Assembly: GCA_964057225.1 (NCBI GenBank)
Contig: OZ059899.1
Span: forward strand, 12,772,001 to 12,836,000
Length of the DNA: 64,000 nt
Direction of reading: 5' to 3'
DNA from: Auanema rhodensis
Lineage: Eukaryota > Animalia > Nematoda
Shown here: in pieces, positions 40,722 to 55,256 of the stretch
Layout: each line of letters starts with the position of its first letter
Position numbering within the stretch: the first letter of the stretch is position 1
Program-made: the position numbers and the translations under genes
The notes under the pieces: model-generated
Databases searched by the model: none
What the model saw: the letters and a program-made list of their open reading frames with translations, nothing else
Told to the model about the DNA's origin: nothing

Positions 40722-41536
40722 GGGGTACATGAGTAAATGTATTTAAAAAGGCGAAAAAGCCAATTGAAACAACATACTTCTCAACGTTTCAATCACTTCG
40801 TCCCTCGTCAAATTGCCATTCTTGGCTTTTTTCTGCTCTGACAACGATGACAGATAGAGTGGTATAGCAAATTCACGTATCTAAATAGTTAATAAGAGTT
40901 AACTATGTGAATATAATCAAAGTGACAAACCTGTTCGAATTGTAAAATATCCAAGAGATACAACAATTTCTTGGAATCAATGCTATTTAGATCAGCTAAA
41001 AGCTCATTAACCTCATTCAAAGCAAAATTATCTTAAATGATATTATTGATTAAGAATGCTTTAATCATATAACTTACTATTTGTCTGTACTATTATATTC
41101 TGAATAGCATCTTTTGGTAACAACGAATTAGCTTGATTGGCTTTTTCTTCAGTCAATTTCATCAGATAATGCTGGCGTAAATCTTTTTCAACATGAAGTA
41201 TACCAGCATCAGCATCTTGTAAAGCATTAAGAAGATCATCTGAATTCTGAAAAATACATATAGATAGCATAGTTAATATTCTAATTTATATGTAAACATG
41301 TACATAGATCTATCTATAGTCATACCTGATTATCAATTTCATTATTAATCTTCTGAATAGCAATAGCTGTAGCTTTTTCATCAGTTGTCATATTGGATAA
41401 GAAGTCATGAACATCTCCGAATTCCGGCATATTGGATTCATTTACTTTCACTTTCATCTCATCTAATTCTGATTCTGTAATCATATCTATATGTGTAGGT
41501 ATTGGTATTTCATTTCATAACGCCTCTTTGCGCTCT

Positions 41537-41580
<44 letters not shown>

Positions 41581-42817
41581 CATCATTTCATTATTCATGT
41601 TCAAGTACAACTGTATTCAGAACAACAGCTTTTGCCGCCTGCTTTCAACTTTATGTCTCCAACTTGACATTCAATTTACACATTTTTTCTCCTATATTTT
41701 TGGTACAAGTTATAGAGAAGAACATACGAGTGAATACTGCTTTTCCGGCCAAATTACGGATTGGTGGAGCTTTTCGCAATCTATACAATAGTGTTGCTAA
41801 AGCATACAAACAGAAGATCGTCTGGATGTTTCTACCCTCAAAAACGTCGACAGTTTCGGGAATTACGATCTGTAATCGGATTAACCTTTACGTCTACAAC
41901 ATCTTCATGTATTCTTTCCTTCTTTTTTTGTATCCTTCTGATACTACGTCATCATAGAAAAGTAACAAGTACACACATGTTACAAAACGGTTTTTCATCT
42001 TCATTTCCTTCTATTCTTGTTATTTTTCTTTGATGAATGTTTGAGAAATAAAGAGAAAAAGAGTTTTATTACCTCTGGTAATCGTACACTTTGCATGGCT
42101 TTTCGCCAAAGCATGATGTTATCTGTATGTCTATAAACTGGAATATTTTCGTTCTGCACATATTTTTCCTGAAATAATCAGAGCAATAAATGGTGATGAT
42201 GTAAATAAAATATTTCAATTTATTCCTTTTGTCTCTCTCTCTATAATTCCTTCTGCGTCTCTCTCATTAGTCCACTAATTCCTTCAAGCCATCTCTCTGT
42301 CTCTCTCTCTCTCTCTATTTAGCTTCATCATAATCATCAACCATCAATAATATATCTATTTATTATGTAAAAATAACTGATTCACCTGATTAATATCATA
42401 GATACTCTTAACAGTCACTACATTCGGAGCAAATGAGTTCCCTAAGCGAGCAAGAACAACTCCGTTTCGAAAATTTTCTTCAAGCTCAGTAACCGACGAT
42501 ATTGAATCATCTTGTAGACATTCAGATAACCAACTAAATCATGATATTATGTATTTTATAATTAATAAAATACTCAATTAATATGGAATTAATTATAAAT
42601 TTGTTGATAAAATCAGCAAAAAAAACGATTAAGTGGTGACATATGCATGTATGCGCATAAGGAGGGAGCGAGTTGGAAAAGGAATTGTAGTAAAAGCCGC
42701 CTACTTTCTAACTTCCAATAAACGACATAGATATTCATAAGCTTTTCGATGTAATCGCTTCTCGTCGATGTCTTCTACAGATTCAGTTGTTTGATCAATA
42801 TTTTCATCGGACATCAT
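34863..42817 (-). CDS. pes-7: IQGAP (Ras GTPase-activating-like protein)
   Basis: DEKRLHRKAYEYLCRLLEVRKWLSECL, CH domain ELEENFRNGVVLARLGNSFAP...YRHTDNIMLW...PETVDVFEGRNIQTIFCLYALA, IQ-like AAKKIQNNYKKYKDRK, LDNKIGLLVKNRLNLQDV, LEQLLYHLQA, a RasGAP-like region, and RasGAP_C ending LDFQDLLQ...NFINRKFYSK*. Confidence 0.93.
39470..39538. repeat. Tandem array of palindromic TCACGTGA E-boxes (13-bp period)
   Basis: TCACGTGA at 39470, 39492, 39505, 39518 and 39531; the last four form (TCACGTGATATAG)n. Located in an IQGAP intron. Confidence 0.9.
40674..40718. repeat. (GA)n microsatellite in IQGAP intron
   Basis: About 22 units. Confidence 0.95.
41538..41577. repeat. (TC)n microsatellite in IQGAP intron
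   Basis: About 20 units. Confidence 0.95.
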
Positions 42818-44314
42818 AATCTCTATAAATGAGAAAAAACCGAATATGTTGGAACATGTTGAGCTTTAAAAGGGCAATAATCAAGACGAAATAACAATGA
42901 ATGTCATATATAAACATGAAAGGAAAGACAAAAAAAAGGAAATAAGCTGGATATGTTTGATCAGATGGATGATGATTAGGTTCAAAATAATTTTTCATAA
43001 AAATGAAGGAAAAATGAGGGTTACGCTAGAATCAAAAAGACTACATGTCACAAAACGAGGATGAGTCAACAACAGATTAACATCAAAACGACGTCCACAC
43101 GATGAAGAAGACGACGAAGACAGAGAAGAAGAAGAAGAAGAAGAAGAAGAAGAAGGGGAGGAGAAGGAGAAGAAGATGCTAGCTAAGAGGTGGGGGACAT
43201 GATGACGACGTCAAAAAAGAATTGAAATAGAGCAATGTGACAAGTTGTGAAAAAAGCATATTATAGTATAAAACAGCATAAGTTAGCTCGTAATAATATT
43301 AGTAGTAGCAGTAGCACTGGCAATGGTAATTCAAGCAAAAATAGAAGAAAAAAAAACTACAAAATACGAAAAATATATGAAACAGAGAGAGAGAGAGAGT
43401 TAGAGAAGGGAAAGTTTCTTTTCAAGGTTGATGATCGTATATTTGGCCAGAAGGAGCATAGCTAGGTTCAGTGGTTTGTTAGTAAGGTAAAGAAGAACGC
43501 TTTTGTCAAGTGGAATGTGAAAATGAATAAGTAAAATTTTAAAAAAACAAAGAGAGAGTGAGAGAAGGAGAGAGAGAGAAGGAGAGAAGAAGGGAGGGGA
43601 GCGGATTGAGAGGGGGAGGAAGCTTAATAGTGAGGGTGGTGGTAGGATGTGGAACGAAAATGAAAAAGAAAGAGACAGAGAAAGTAAGCAGGTAGGATGA
43701 ACATTGATGAAGAGTGAAGAAGAAAAAAGTAAAATCTTTAAAAAGAAAACAAGAAAAACAGGATGAAGACATAGTTAGATGTTGAAATGCTTAAGAGTAC
43801 GCTGAATAAGTGTGGAATTATTTAATAAGACAATGAAATATTGGGTGGGGGGAGGAATGAAATAGGAAAAATCAATAGATTCATTATCAAATTTATGAAT
43901 TATCGTTATTGATAAGTAGTAGGAGAAGGAAAATAATAAACATACAACATCTGCGTACTAATTTCAGTTATCTCCCAATCGTTCTAACGAACAATTTCAA
44001 ATTTTAATTTTGATTCGAAGAACAAAAAAAGTGGAAAAGATCGGTGTTGTTAAAAGAAAAAAAATTACTAAAGGAAGAGGAAGAGAGAAAGAGAGATAGA
44101 ATGTGTCAGAAAAGCTAGGCTAAATGAGAGAAGGAAGGAGAAACAGAGACCTAGAGAGCAATGGGCACTGGGCACTGGGCACTCCTTCAGACGCAAAAGC
44201 GGAACATTTAAAATAATCTCCAGAAGCAAATTCCATAGATACTGAAAAAAAGCTTTTAACTATTACGTTTTGAACAACTTCTTTGACGCCTTTCTCCCTC
44301 TCTCCCTCTCTCTT

Positions 44315-44364
<50 letters not shown>

Positions 44365-44599
44365 TCTGCTTTTGAACCATTGCTTATTTAGTTGTAGCCA
44401 CTATTTTCATATAGAGAATAGAGAAACAACAACAGAAAATGAAGAGAATTGAATGAACAACGAAAATGAGGATTCAAAGAACCAAACAATTTGGGTTTTC
44501 TTTTCATCTTTTCACAGATAGGTGTTATCATCTTTCTGGTAGAGAAGTATAGGAGCTCCAAATAAAAAGAGCAACAACTTGGATGCTGAGAGTAGTTCC

Positions 44600-44646
<47 letters not shown>

Positions 44647-47600
44647 TTGAGCAGATAGCTAACAAGCAATCTTATTTCTTTTAATTAATTAAGAAGAATT
44701 GTTTGTAAAAAAAATAAAAAAATAGGAATATTTTTATTTAAAAACTTTTGTTTAATAAGATTTCAATATATAATTAGAATGAAAGGAATTAGTTAGCTAG
44801 CTGCCCTTATGCCCATGTGAGGGTCTGTGTATGAGTGCCGGTGGTTGTGGTGTCTGTGTGTGTTGTGGTTAGAGAGGGGGAAGTGGAAAGTGGATGGTGG
44901 GGGGGGAAGTAGATGGCTATGGCTGGTAAAATGATGATGGGAGTGAGAAAAGAAGTGAGAGACAGAGAGAGGGAACATGAAAATAAAATTTCAAAATCAA
45001 CACCAAAAAGGCGAAAAGAAAATGAAAAAAAATGATAAATGATGTGTTTGTGACTTGCTGGGCAAACTATGATTCAAGGTTGAAGTTATAGAGATAGTAA
45101 ACGAATGGAAAGAAACACCATACTCACAGACACATACATACACGTACACACATACATATTGAAGACAAAAAGCTAGCTATTCACATGAATCAGAGCTTAT
45201 ACATGGGTTTCTCTTTGACCCCCGTGTCTTCATCTCGTCGTCATCGTCATCTCTTCTCTTAACTGAGATTCAATCTGATGTTGCTTCAGTTCTTTAAGAC
45301 AACGATTACTTTTTGCTCTTACCCATCTTATCAATCTTTCTTCTTTAATTGAATAGTCATTCCATGAAACGGTTTTCATGTTTTCAACTATAAAATGAGG
45401 TTAATGTCTATGAATAATCAATAGAAAATGAAAAAATAAAATAGTTTATACATAGTATATAGTAAACGAAATATAAGAATAATTAAGAATAATCTATAAG
45501 ATTATAAGATATTGATGTATATACACAACATACATATATGTATACAGACCGGAGGATACTTACTCATTTCTAGAATTTCTATTCGTTTTAACCACAAATT
45601 TTGAAACATTCTTACTCATAACAAGTTTTTTTCATATTCTTCTTTATAATGTGATTAATCATATCTTGCGTAGCCAAATATATAACATTATATTGTCTTT
45701 TCAATAACAGGCAAATGGACAGGCGAGTGAACGATTGAATGAACCAATGCTTCAACGTATCAAAGCACTTTCACGCAATTTTACGTGAGCATTTTCATTT
45801 TTAATTATTAAAATACGAAGAATCGGTTGTATGCATGGGTGTGTGTATGTGTGCATTGCACTGCACTGCACTGCACATCCATTGCACCTCATCTTATTTC
45901 ATTTTTATAATTAATAATTTCAGTTATCTATATAGTTAGTTATCTTATATATATACGAATATTAAAATATGCTGGACAAAGTTGAAGAATAGTGATGTTA
46001 AAAAGTCGAATAATCATAAAAGAATCAAGTAGGCGTAGATTACGATGTAATAGAATATATACATGTGATTACATATTGTTTTGTTTTGTTCATTTTTAGG
46101 TTTACAGGGATAAAAAGATTCAGTTTTCTTTTAAAAATTCATAGAATTTGTATATTTGAACATGACTTATAGGCTAAACTGGAAACTGAATTAGATCAAG
46201 GATTTGAGATTATTACTATTATCTCTCATAAACTTGGACAAGTATATTCAGAAAATATTTATTGAAAAAGGAACTATTTGACTTCAAAACATTTAAATTT
46301 CAAATATTTTTGTTCAAAAACTGTTTTTCGCACTAACGCATATAGCATGCGGTACAGACATTCATGACATAGATGTTTAAGAATGCTGAAGGTTCTTCTT
46401 TTCCTTTTTCATGTTTTCTTTCTATCAGTAAGTGTGTTGCAGATAGCTCGAACCTTACAAAGGTTTGAAGTTATTGATACAGCTTCTTTACTGTTATAAT
46501 GATTTAATAGGAACTTCCTATTTACATATAAACTAGATCAAATATAATTATGCTACTAGATCTGAAACATTTGAGAAGACTTGCATGTGGAGAGATCGAA
46601 AAGCTGCAAATTGTACGTAAAGAAAGTAAGGGACATACATTAATGAATTTAAAAAAAAATATTGTTGAACCCATATGATATACGAAATAGGCTAAAATAT
46701 ACGATTATGGATAATTAGATTCTCGTGTTCGATGAGTGCCATACAGCTGGAAATTATATTTATAAATAATTGTTCTAATATATGGATTGCAATATTCTCG
46801 GTCAGATCTACCTTGAAAAATCTAATAAGAGCATAAGTTCCGTTGTACTGACGATATTATGATATGACTCAATTATTTATAACGTGGACAGTTCTTTATC
46901 AATGTTTTTTTATTGATTAAAATAATTTCATATTTCATTTTTAGAAGTTTTAACGTGTTGGGCGGTTGTGTGTTTATTGCAATCTTTTGAAAAATATAGA
47001 TTTTCCCATGTTTATATACATATCCAACTTTTCAACAGATAAACCATTCATACTATGCATATATATGAACTATTTCACTTATAATTTCAACAAAAAAATC
47101 GTTAGTCTTAAAACTCTACTTTTCTAATTTTTTAATGTAGAAATCACAACGTCATACGGTGAATAATGGAGCTAATAAGAAAATTTATCATCGATGATCC
47201 GTTGGTTTAGTCCTCAAGTAATGTTTTAAAAATCATCTAAATAGCATTGTTCAATAATTCTTCCCTTTATGAATTAATTATTTATATTTTCATTTTATGT
47301 GTCTAAATAACTATGTAGAAATTAAGGTTACATTGATGAATTATATGAATAAACCAATACTTTCTTCTCGGTTCTAATAAGACGCTTCTACTTTTTGATA
47401 GCCAATAGAATGTTTGGTTCAGTTAAATTATAGTGTCATGAACTTTAAATTGTTATCAATATTTTTGATAAAAGAACACAAAATCCTGAATAATTGCGTA
47501 CTAATTGAACATTGAATGTAGTTTTCTTTATCAAATCAAAGGTTTTAAATCAACTTGGGATTGTCTTCCTTCTTTCCTTAATTCAGAAATCTCATCGAAA

Positions 47601-48346
47601 ATTCAAGAAATCGTTGAAAAACCGGATAATGTAATAATACTTGTTTTAAACAGCAAGAAAAATAAAAATAATTTTTACTGTAAAACTTTAGAAAGAAAAA
47701 CAACAACAATAAAACAAGAAATGAGCACAAGTGACTAGAAGAATAGAAGTTTGGCACAAAACAAAATCCTAAAAATTCCTAATTAGGCTGGAAAGTGTCC
47801 AGCTTGAAAGAGTCGTAATAACTTTTGCCATTTGTGCCATGCACATTAGAATTACAACTATAGATCAGGATGAAGCATGCCGATGATATACAATAGCAAG
47901 CAGAATCGATGATGAAGTTGTTAAAATTATCATAAAAACATTGAGCAAACACCGAGTTGAAAGTTTAACACAATAAGTATAGGGTACTCATGACGATAGA
48001 ATTTGGACAGAAAGACTTTGTAATTTTGAGTAAATGTTCAAGAAACATATTTTCAATTTTCTGACAACAAACATAAAAAATTCCAAATTTCCTTTCACCA
48101 TTAAAAAGAAAACTAATATATATATATTTAAAAATTCTGTGCTAATCTCTCTATGAAATATCAGTACTAAATGTCTGTTTTTGAGAAAACCAAATGTGAA
48201 AACCCAACTATAAACCCTGTGAGAACTGTAACTTTCATGCCGAGTGAAATGAGTTGCATGAAAGCTTACATAGAAATCTATTCAATCAATCTTATAGAAA
48301 TATCAGGAAGTTGAGAAGAAAATTACATCTTAGTATGAGAAAATTC

Positions 48347-49650
48347 CTATTTGTGGTGGGTGAGCAGCTCTTGGAATCCTTCGTAAGTTGTAAAGGAAAC
48401 ACCTACTGCAATTGGACCTTTGATCCAATTCATGCTTAAACCTTTGTACAAACCACGTTTCAATCCTTCTGAAATACAAATATATTCAATAAAAATACTT
48501 TTGTTGCAAACAAAAGAAGAATATAAGTACAGAAAAAACAAAATAAAACAAGAATACTATCGGTGTAACTTACCGGTTTTGTAAATGTGTTTTAACAGAC
48601 TGAAAACACCTAGGCCTGGAGGGCAACGACCTGTTTGCATTCGACGACGAACTATATCTAGAGGATATGAACTACTTTGGCCAATTAATCCGGCAAAAGC
48701 ACCTGAAAAGAAGCAAAACAATGTTATAAAGGTGAGGGTGAAGAGCGAACCGAAGAGCATTCTCCAAGGTGCCGTTACAGATTCTCCTGTTTCTTCATAA
48801 TATATTAGTTTGAGAGTTTCGTAAGTAAAGAAAGATGTTCCTGCATACGGAATTACACCTGAAAATTAAATTGTCGAGATTACGTCAACCCATTCAAACT
48901 ATAATACCAGCAACAGTTGGAAATAGTCCATGATATAGCAGTTTCAACCCTCCTTGATTATATGTTTTGTATAGAACCTGCAAAGTACAATAATAAAAAT
49001 TGGAAAACAGAAAAATCAATAAAACATACAGATCTTAAACTTCGATATTCTTTTTTACTAGTTACAGATAATCTAGCTTTTGCTGTATCTAATGGATAAG
49101 TGATTATGGTTGCTGTTGTTGCTGCTAAAGAACCTACTAACATGCGTCTAAACGGTGTTCTTGATCTGAAATCGATAGATGGTTTAGGGATGCTATATGA
49201 AAATCATTTAACACATACCCGTTATGATCAACTTGGAGAAGATGCTTATATTGCTCAAATGCAGCAAACTGTAAAGCTGCATAAGGTACAACTCTAGCCA
49301 TAGTGGCTGAGTTTCCACGATATAACGCCAATATTCCGTCTTGATTATAAGTCAATTTTACAAATTTAAGAGCGGATTTGAAAGAATATCCATGTACATT
49401 TGACACTGGAAAAAATTAAAATAAATAAAGATTTTTAAAATGAAATGTAAAGCAAAAAGAATGAAAAACAAACCTTGGAAGAATATTTTAGTTCTGTCTA
49501 GTGGCGCTATAGTAGTTTTAGCTACAGCTCCAGCGACAGCGCCTGACATTAGAGAATGAACTACATTACTTGGACTCTGGAAATTTGAAAAATTGAATAA
49601 AATTGAAAAATGTGAAGAAAACTTACTTTTTTTCCATCACTCGCTTTCAT
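48347..49650 (-). CDS. slc-25A42: Mitochondrial carrier, SLC25A42-like (CoA transporter)
   Basis: Three carrier repeats with PX[DE]XX[KR] motifs: [31 protein letters not shown] and [13 protein letters not shown]. Also [27 protein letters not shown] and [25 protein letters not shown], typical of SLC25A42. First exon MKASDGKK. Confidence 0.92.
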
Positions 49651-51030
49651 TCTCTGATCGAGGTTCAATGCCTCTTTTCAAATAAATACAAAAATTCCTA
49701 AAGAAGGCACAGGCAAACGAATTTATTTCCCTAGATAAGTATTTCACAGAGAGGAAAAACTGAAAATACTTTCTTAAGATCTCAATAAATAAATATAATA
49801 AAAATATAGAATATTTTTTTGCCCGAAAAACAAAAGTGCAACCAGTATGGAGATGGGCAGGGTTAAAAATGAACGGTTAATACAAGAAATTAGTGAGTGA
49901 TACGGAAAACACCCTCAATAGTAAATAATTGGTCGAACTTTGAATTCATGGAGCTAGACATGAGGTAACCGATGTTGTTTCATAGAACGATCGAAGTGTA
50001 AAGTGCGACAGAAAAGTTGGCGGTAGTGCTTTCGCGATAACGAATTCATTAAGTATCATGGGTTTCACTTATCAGCATATTCGTAAGCCGAAGCAAAACA
50101 AAAATAAAAATTCAATCCCACACTAACCCTGTGGTGGAAATAATAGGAGTAATAATAGTGCGTGAATTCATTAAGAAAAGTGAAGAAATCGTATACATTG
50201 TGAAAAATCATGAACATTTCAACAGTAGTTTACACTACAGAAAAGTAAAAATAGCGATGAAGTTATGAAGAAACTTGTTTTATATTGAAAACAAAAGAAA
50301 AATAATACCTAAATAATAGGAAATCTTTGAAAATAATTGCAACCTTTAGGAAGCTCCGACAGAATTGAAATCACATGGTACAAAGGACACTGACGTTAGT
50401 AACTCTTATCATTTCGAAGTCTGAGAGATTCAAATGATATAAAACAACGAGTAGCCAGTGACATCAATATCTTAGTAGGGCTATCGGTCAAAAAAGGACG
50501 AAAAACTTCATCAGAACTGAATTAGCTTGCTATTGAAGTACTACCTGAAGCTAAGTGGTTGAAACACGGCAAATGCGCATAACAGGCACGATTGGCGCAT
50601 TTCATACACATGCATATAGCATATAGCAATAGCCAATTTCTGAACTGAAAAGAACTTGGACAGTTTGAAAAGTTTGATTTGATCGTACTTTACACTGCTA
50701 ATTATTTGGCAGTCGCGTAAGTTTTTGGATTTAAAGATTAATTATAAATAAAATCAAAAGATTATACTATGAACATTCTTTGAAGTATGCTATGTATCGC
50801 TGTTACATAAAAACAGAAATAATATCGGTGTCACTTTATCATCAAGTCGTTTTCTACATTTTCCTTATCAAACTCGTGTAAAGTATTCATTTGATGTTTA
50901 ACCAGGTGGTGTTTATTAGAGAAAAAAAATATTTATATCACATGGCTTTTCGTTGTTTAATGATTAAATAACTTATTTTTTTCTTTCTATTGTATGATAT
51001 ATGCACACATTGTTCCTAGAACATTTGCAG

Positions 51031-52075
51031 GATTCTCTGCTATTTCTGAGGCTTCTCATCGTTTTTATACTTTTTTTTCGAAGAAAGCACATGATATAGC
51101 GTCAAAGTATGATTTTTCAAAATCTTAATGAACAAAAAATAAAAGATTAGAGACCTGCTAATCATTCCTTTTGTTATATACAGACATGATTGTTGTTTTC
51201 CCATTTGCTATTTTATTAGGTAGAATTCTCTTGAAAGATCTAACATCTAAGAAAACATTCTTTGGAGTTATAACAATCATTGTGATCTCGTATCTGTACT
51301 CTACACCACTTAGCTACTTTACACTTTTGAGCTCTGCTGCAAATAGGTGGATAATAAGTTTGAAATTGTGTTTGCAGCATTTTTTATCCATGGAACAAAC
51401 GAATATTACCAAGGTTTTTTAAAAAAAATTTTTCAAGTTTTCATATAATTGCAAGTTCGATTCCAAGCATGTAGGGGTTTTACTCCGCTTAGACATGTTT
51501 CTGTTATTTTTAAACATAAAAACAAGGGAGTGAATAGAAAATACTAATAAAGGGAAGTGTTTTCAAGAATTTCAGTTGTTCTTGTGCTTGTTGCAGCATC
51601 TTACGGAATGGTTTCAGCAGAGTTACAGTATATCATGGACATTCATCCACATCATGTTTCTTCTCCTGCAACAGTTTAGATGGAATCTAAATTGGGATCG
51701 TCTTGTCGTGCAGCAAAATTATGCTTTTATGTGTGATTCTATGTACTACAACCTCACATATGTGTCACAAGTCTTGTTTGGTAAATAATTTCTTTTTTGT
51801 GCACGCAGTCAAATAGATATTCATTGAAAATTGAAGGTGAAACCCAGAAATTGACACTGTTTCAATCACATGATTGCTTCTGATGATGTGACTTTCTTAA
51901 GTGGACACCGAAGCTAACATAAGCACAAAAGTTAAAATTCATGTTAAAATGCTTTTTAAGCCTAGAAACTGACGATTTCACAGTCTTTGTTTGGAGAATT
52001 ATGTTGATGAGCTTCGTTGAACTCGGACAACAGACCATAGACACTCGGGGGGCAGATTATGAAGCATCATGCTGA
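51031..52075 (+). pseudogene. Possible degenerate 7TM chemoreceptor-like gene
   Basis: Hydrophobic exon-like segments (DMIVVFPFAILLG, FFGVITIIVISYLYSTPLSYFTLLSSAANR|gt) resemble TM2-TM3 of nematode serpentine receptors. Downstream exons could not be joined into an intact 7TM frame. Confidence 0.3.
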
Positions 52076-52373
52076 AACGTTGCGGCGATTGCGAGCATAT
52101 TTAAACTTGGATAACGAGAATGTGAAAATAACAAACAATACGAAGATTATCTGTAGTAAAGAGAGTGAAACATGAAAAATGTGGAAACACACTCGAAATT
52201 CTGGCTTTGACCTGACAAAATTGTTGTTTGATGAGAAATTCGAGAAAAGATACTGTAAAACCTACATTCGCTTATAAGCTCATATGTTTTTATGCAGCAT
52301 TAATAAGCTTTAAGTACTTGTGTGAAACATCTAAAGCATAGTTCAAGGTATAGACATGAAAAGAAAAAGTGTA

Positions 52374-52374
<1 letters not shown>

Positions 52375-52444
<70 letters not shown>

Positions 52445-52510
52445 GTGAGAGAGAGAGTGAGAGAGAGTGAGTGAGATAGTAAGTAAGAGAGTGAGTAAGA
52501 GAGAGAGAGA
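52375..52510. repeat. (GA)n/(GAGT)n compound microsatellite
   Basis: About 135 bp purine-rich tract. Confidence 0.95.
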
Positions 52511-53390
52511 AGGATAGATACCCTAATGATCATCACAGTGAAACAAGCTTTCACTGATTCTAAACAGAAAAAAGTATATAATCGCTTTCATCTTGGACTG
52601 TTGTTTCTTCTCAAAGATAAGTCATCAGATGATCCATTTTTTGAAAAAGGAAAAGCCGAATAATGCTTTCGTATGTATTCAGTTGCTCTTTAATGATTCC
52701 AAGATTTTTCTAGTTTGGTCTGTTTACATTAATATTTCTCGCTTGTTTTGCGTATTTATGTTTAGAGAATTGTGATAAGCTGATTATCTGCTTGTCGACT
52801 GGACTTTTTTTGGTTGGTCTTGTGTTATTTCCAGCCTAAAGATCGTGTTTCTTCCTTCTGCGACTTTTTTTTTGGTTCAAATTTACAAAATTTTAAAAAG
52901 AAAATGGTCAAAGTAGTCACGTTGGCTTTAAGCTTCCAAAGCTTATTTGACAGCTTAACTATATGAAAACACAAATAGAAACATTTTGAAAGAGAGGTAT
53001 GGAGTTACTGGTCTTCAAAGTACTTCAAAGTAAGAAAAACAGAAAACACATGGTGTTTCTGGAGAATATGCGCAAAATGATGAATATATTCTTGAACTTG
53101 GCGTCTTCTTCAAAGTTTTCAATTAATTATTTCGTATTTAGAGAAATTTCTATTTGAACTCATGAGAAATCAGAATCAGAATTTGTCTGCACGCATGGAC
53201 AACATAGGAAGTTGTTCTATTCTTCTGTTATGTCGTGACTGCTTGACCATATAGTATCGAATGTCTTAAATGATTAAGCAACAACAATGACCATGTGATT
53301 CTCTGTTTTCTTCTTCAACACTAGTAATCAGTGGTGAGCAAGTGCTGCTGGATGAAGGAGTAGAGCTTGTGTCTTCAAGCATCTGAAACG

Positions 53391-53425
<35 letters not shown>

Positions 53426-53886
53426 TGCTTTTTCTCTGTATTGTCTCTTGTTTTCCTCTTGCTATCTCGTGAGTTCAACTTGATACTGTAGAAGCTTGCG
53501 ATCGGTTGGCGAGAAGACCAGAAACCGTCTCAGCTTACACGAGCTCTTGTCATGTAAAGTGTCATCCAGCAGAGGACTGACGAGGGCAAAGCGTGCATGC
53601 ATGAAAACGATTACCTATCCGTTCATATGACATATACTCTTTCAAACTGGAAAAAAAACACTTGAAAAACCTAAAAATAGCTGTAAAGCTTAATACTTGG
53701 CATAAAGCCAAATCACAAACATGATATCATGAAAATCCTATAATCCTTGGACATCAAGTTGTGTTTGTATGTGCATATGCTTGTCTACTATCGGTCTGTT
53801 GCTATCGGTTGTCTTCATTGAATTTCTCTATATTTCGTTAGCCACTGTATGATTGACCTCATGAGGAACCAGTTGACAAGATACCC

Positions 53887-53888
<2 letters not shown>

Positions 53889-53935
<47 letters not shown>

Positions 53936-53965
53936 TTCTCCATCTTTCTCTATCTCTCTCTCACT
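53889..53965. repeat. (TC)n microsatellite
   Basis: Pyrimidine tract upstream of the secreted glutaredoxin-fold gene. Confidence 0.9.
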
Positions 53966-54783
53966 CACATCCGTTCTTTAACCATATATGGTTTTCACAA
54001 TGTTCCATCTGAGCCGTGAGTAGACCTGTGTTTCGCACTGGTCCAATACGTTTCCTTGTTTGTCTACTGCATTTATACAAGAAAGGAGTTCTGCTCTCTA
54101 CTGCTCAGTCTTTCAATTAGCAACTGAGCCTCAGGCAATTCCCTATTACCATTCTTCTCAACCGTTTTACTTACCGTTCCCTTCCTAAACGGCTACTTCT
54201 CCATCTCCGTTCTCACTCTCTCTCTCTCTCTCTTTACCTCTATTCATTCACATTCAGTCCTACCTTTCATAGCATGTTAAAGGCTTTGACGCTTTTTTGA
54301 CCAAAGAATTTCGAAATGAAAAATGAAGAGAAAACTTTAAAAGTAACCTAATACAATCATAGAAAAAAAAATTATTGTTAACAAGGCAATTTGAGAATAT
54401 TCATGAGCAAACGGAGGAAAAACAGGATATCTTCTGAGATACTTCATGAAGCAATGAAGTTGACAAGTATGGCTCGAAGCAATGGAATCGAAGGAAAACT
54501 ATGAAAATCTTAAAATTCAAAATCAAAGAGATCAATCTCGTGTTCTCGTTATTAGAACATTGGCAATACATTTATTTAAATCATTGAAATTCTCACATTC
54601 ATGTAGACAAACTCGCAAAATGGGGTTGTATGTTACATATTTTGTGAAATTTGATGAAATCTTTAAGTTTACCAGAGGCATACAATCTAATTTCAGTTAC
54701 TATTTTTGTCTTCCTCGCTAGTTCCATGTTGAACTGGACAGATGACTCAGAAAATAAAAGAAGACAGAAAGAGACAGGCCAGT

Positions 54784-54819
<36 letters not shown>

Positions 54820-55256
54820 ATGAGAGAGACGATCTGAGGTCAACCTGCTTTCTTCAGCTTTTGTCCCCTCCCACCGCCTCAGGGGGTGTGTCTGAACAGA
54901 CTCGTTGACGAAAGATTTGGCGAATAGCTACGCACACCGAGTCAGCAACACATTAGAAAGTCACAGAGCAGCTCTGGCTAGCTAGGTGAACTGACTGACG
55001 TACGTACGTATCATCAGAGACAACGAACCCGAAGATAGTTCTTCAGAATTCCAACAATCTCATACCATTTCTACTCTTTATTCAGAAATATTCAGAGCTG
55101 AACGTCTTCTGAACAGCTTTTACGACTTATTACCCCTCGTCATCCGTCATATCAACTAATTGATATACGGTAAATCAACGATCCAACTTATAATTACTCT
55201 TTTTCTGAAGGCATATATTCAATCTTTAAACGAATATTTAGTTCAAGCCAAACAAG

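Noticed and set aside
41432-42033. Plus-strand ORFs suggesting a gene nested in IQGAP
   Set aside because: They are antisense to real IQGAP CH-domain exons and run through a (TC)n tract.
45710-47740. Scattered plus-strand exon-like pieces (ANGQASERLNEPMLQRIK, AKLETELDQGFEII)
   Set aside because: Could not be joined into a coherent frame or recognised as any family.
2549-49650. cdo-1, acyl-CoA thioesterase and SLC25A42 as a sulfur/CoA metabolic gene cluster
   Set aside because: The genes are separated by unrelated loci over 47 kb; nothing in the sequence indicates co-regulation.
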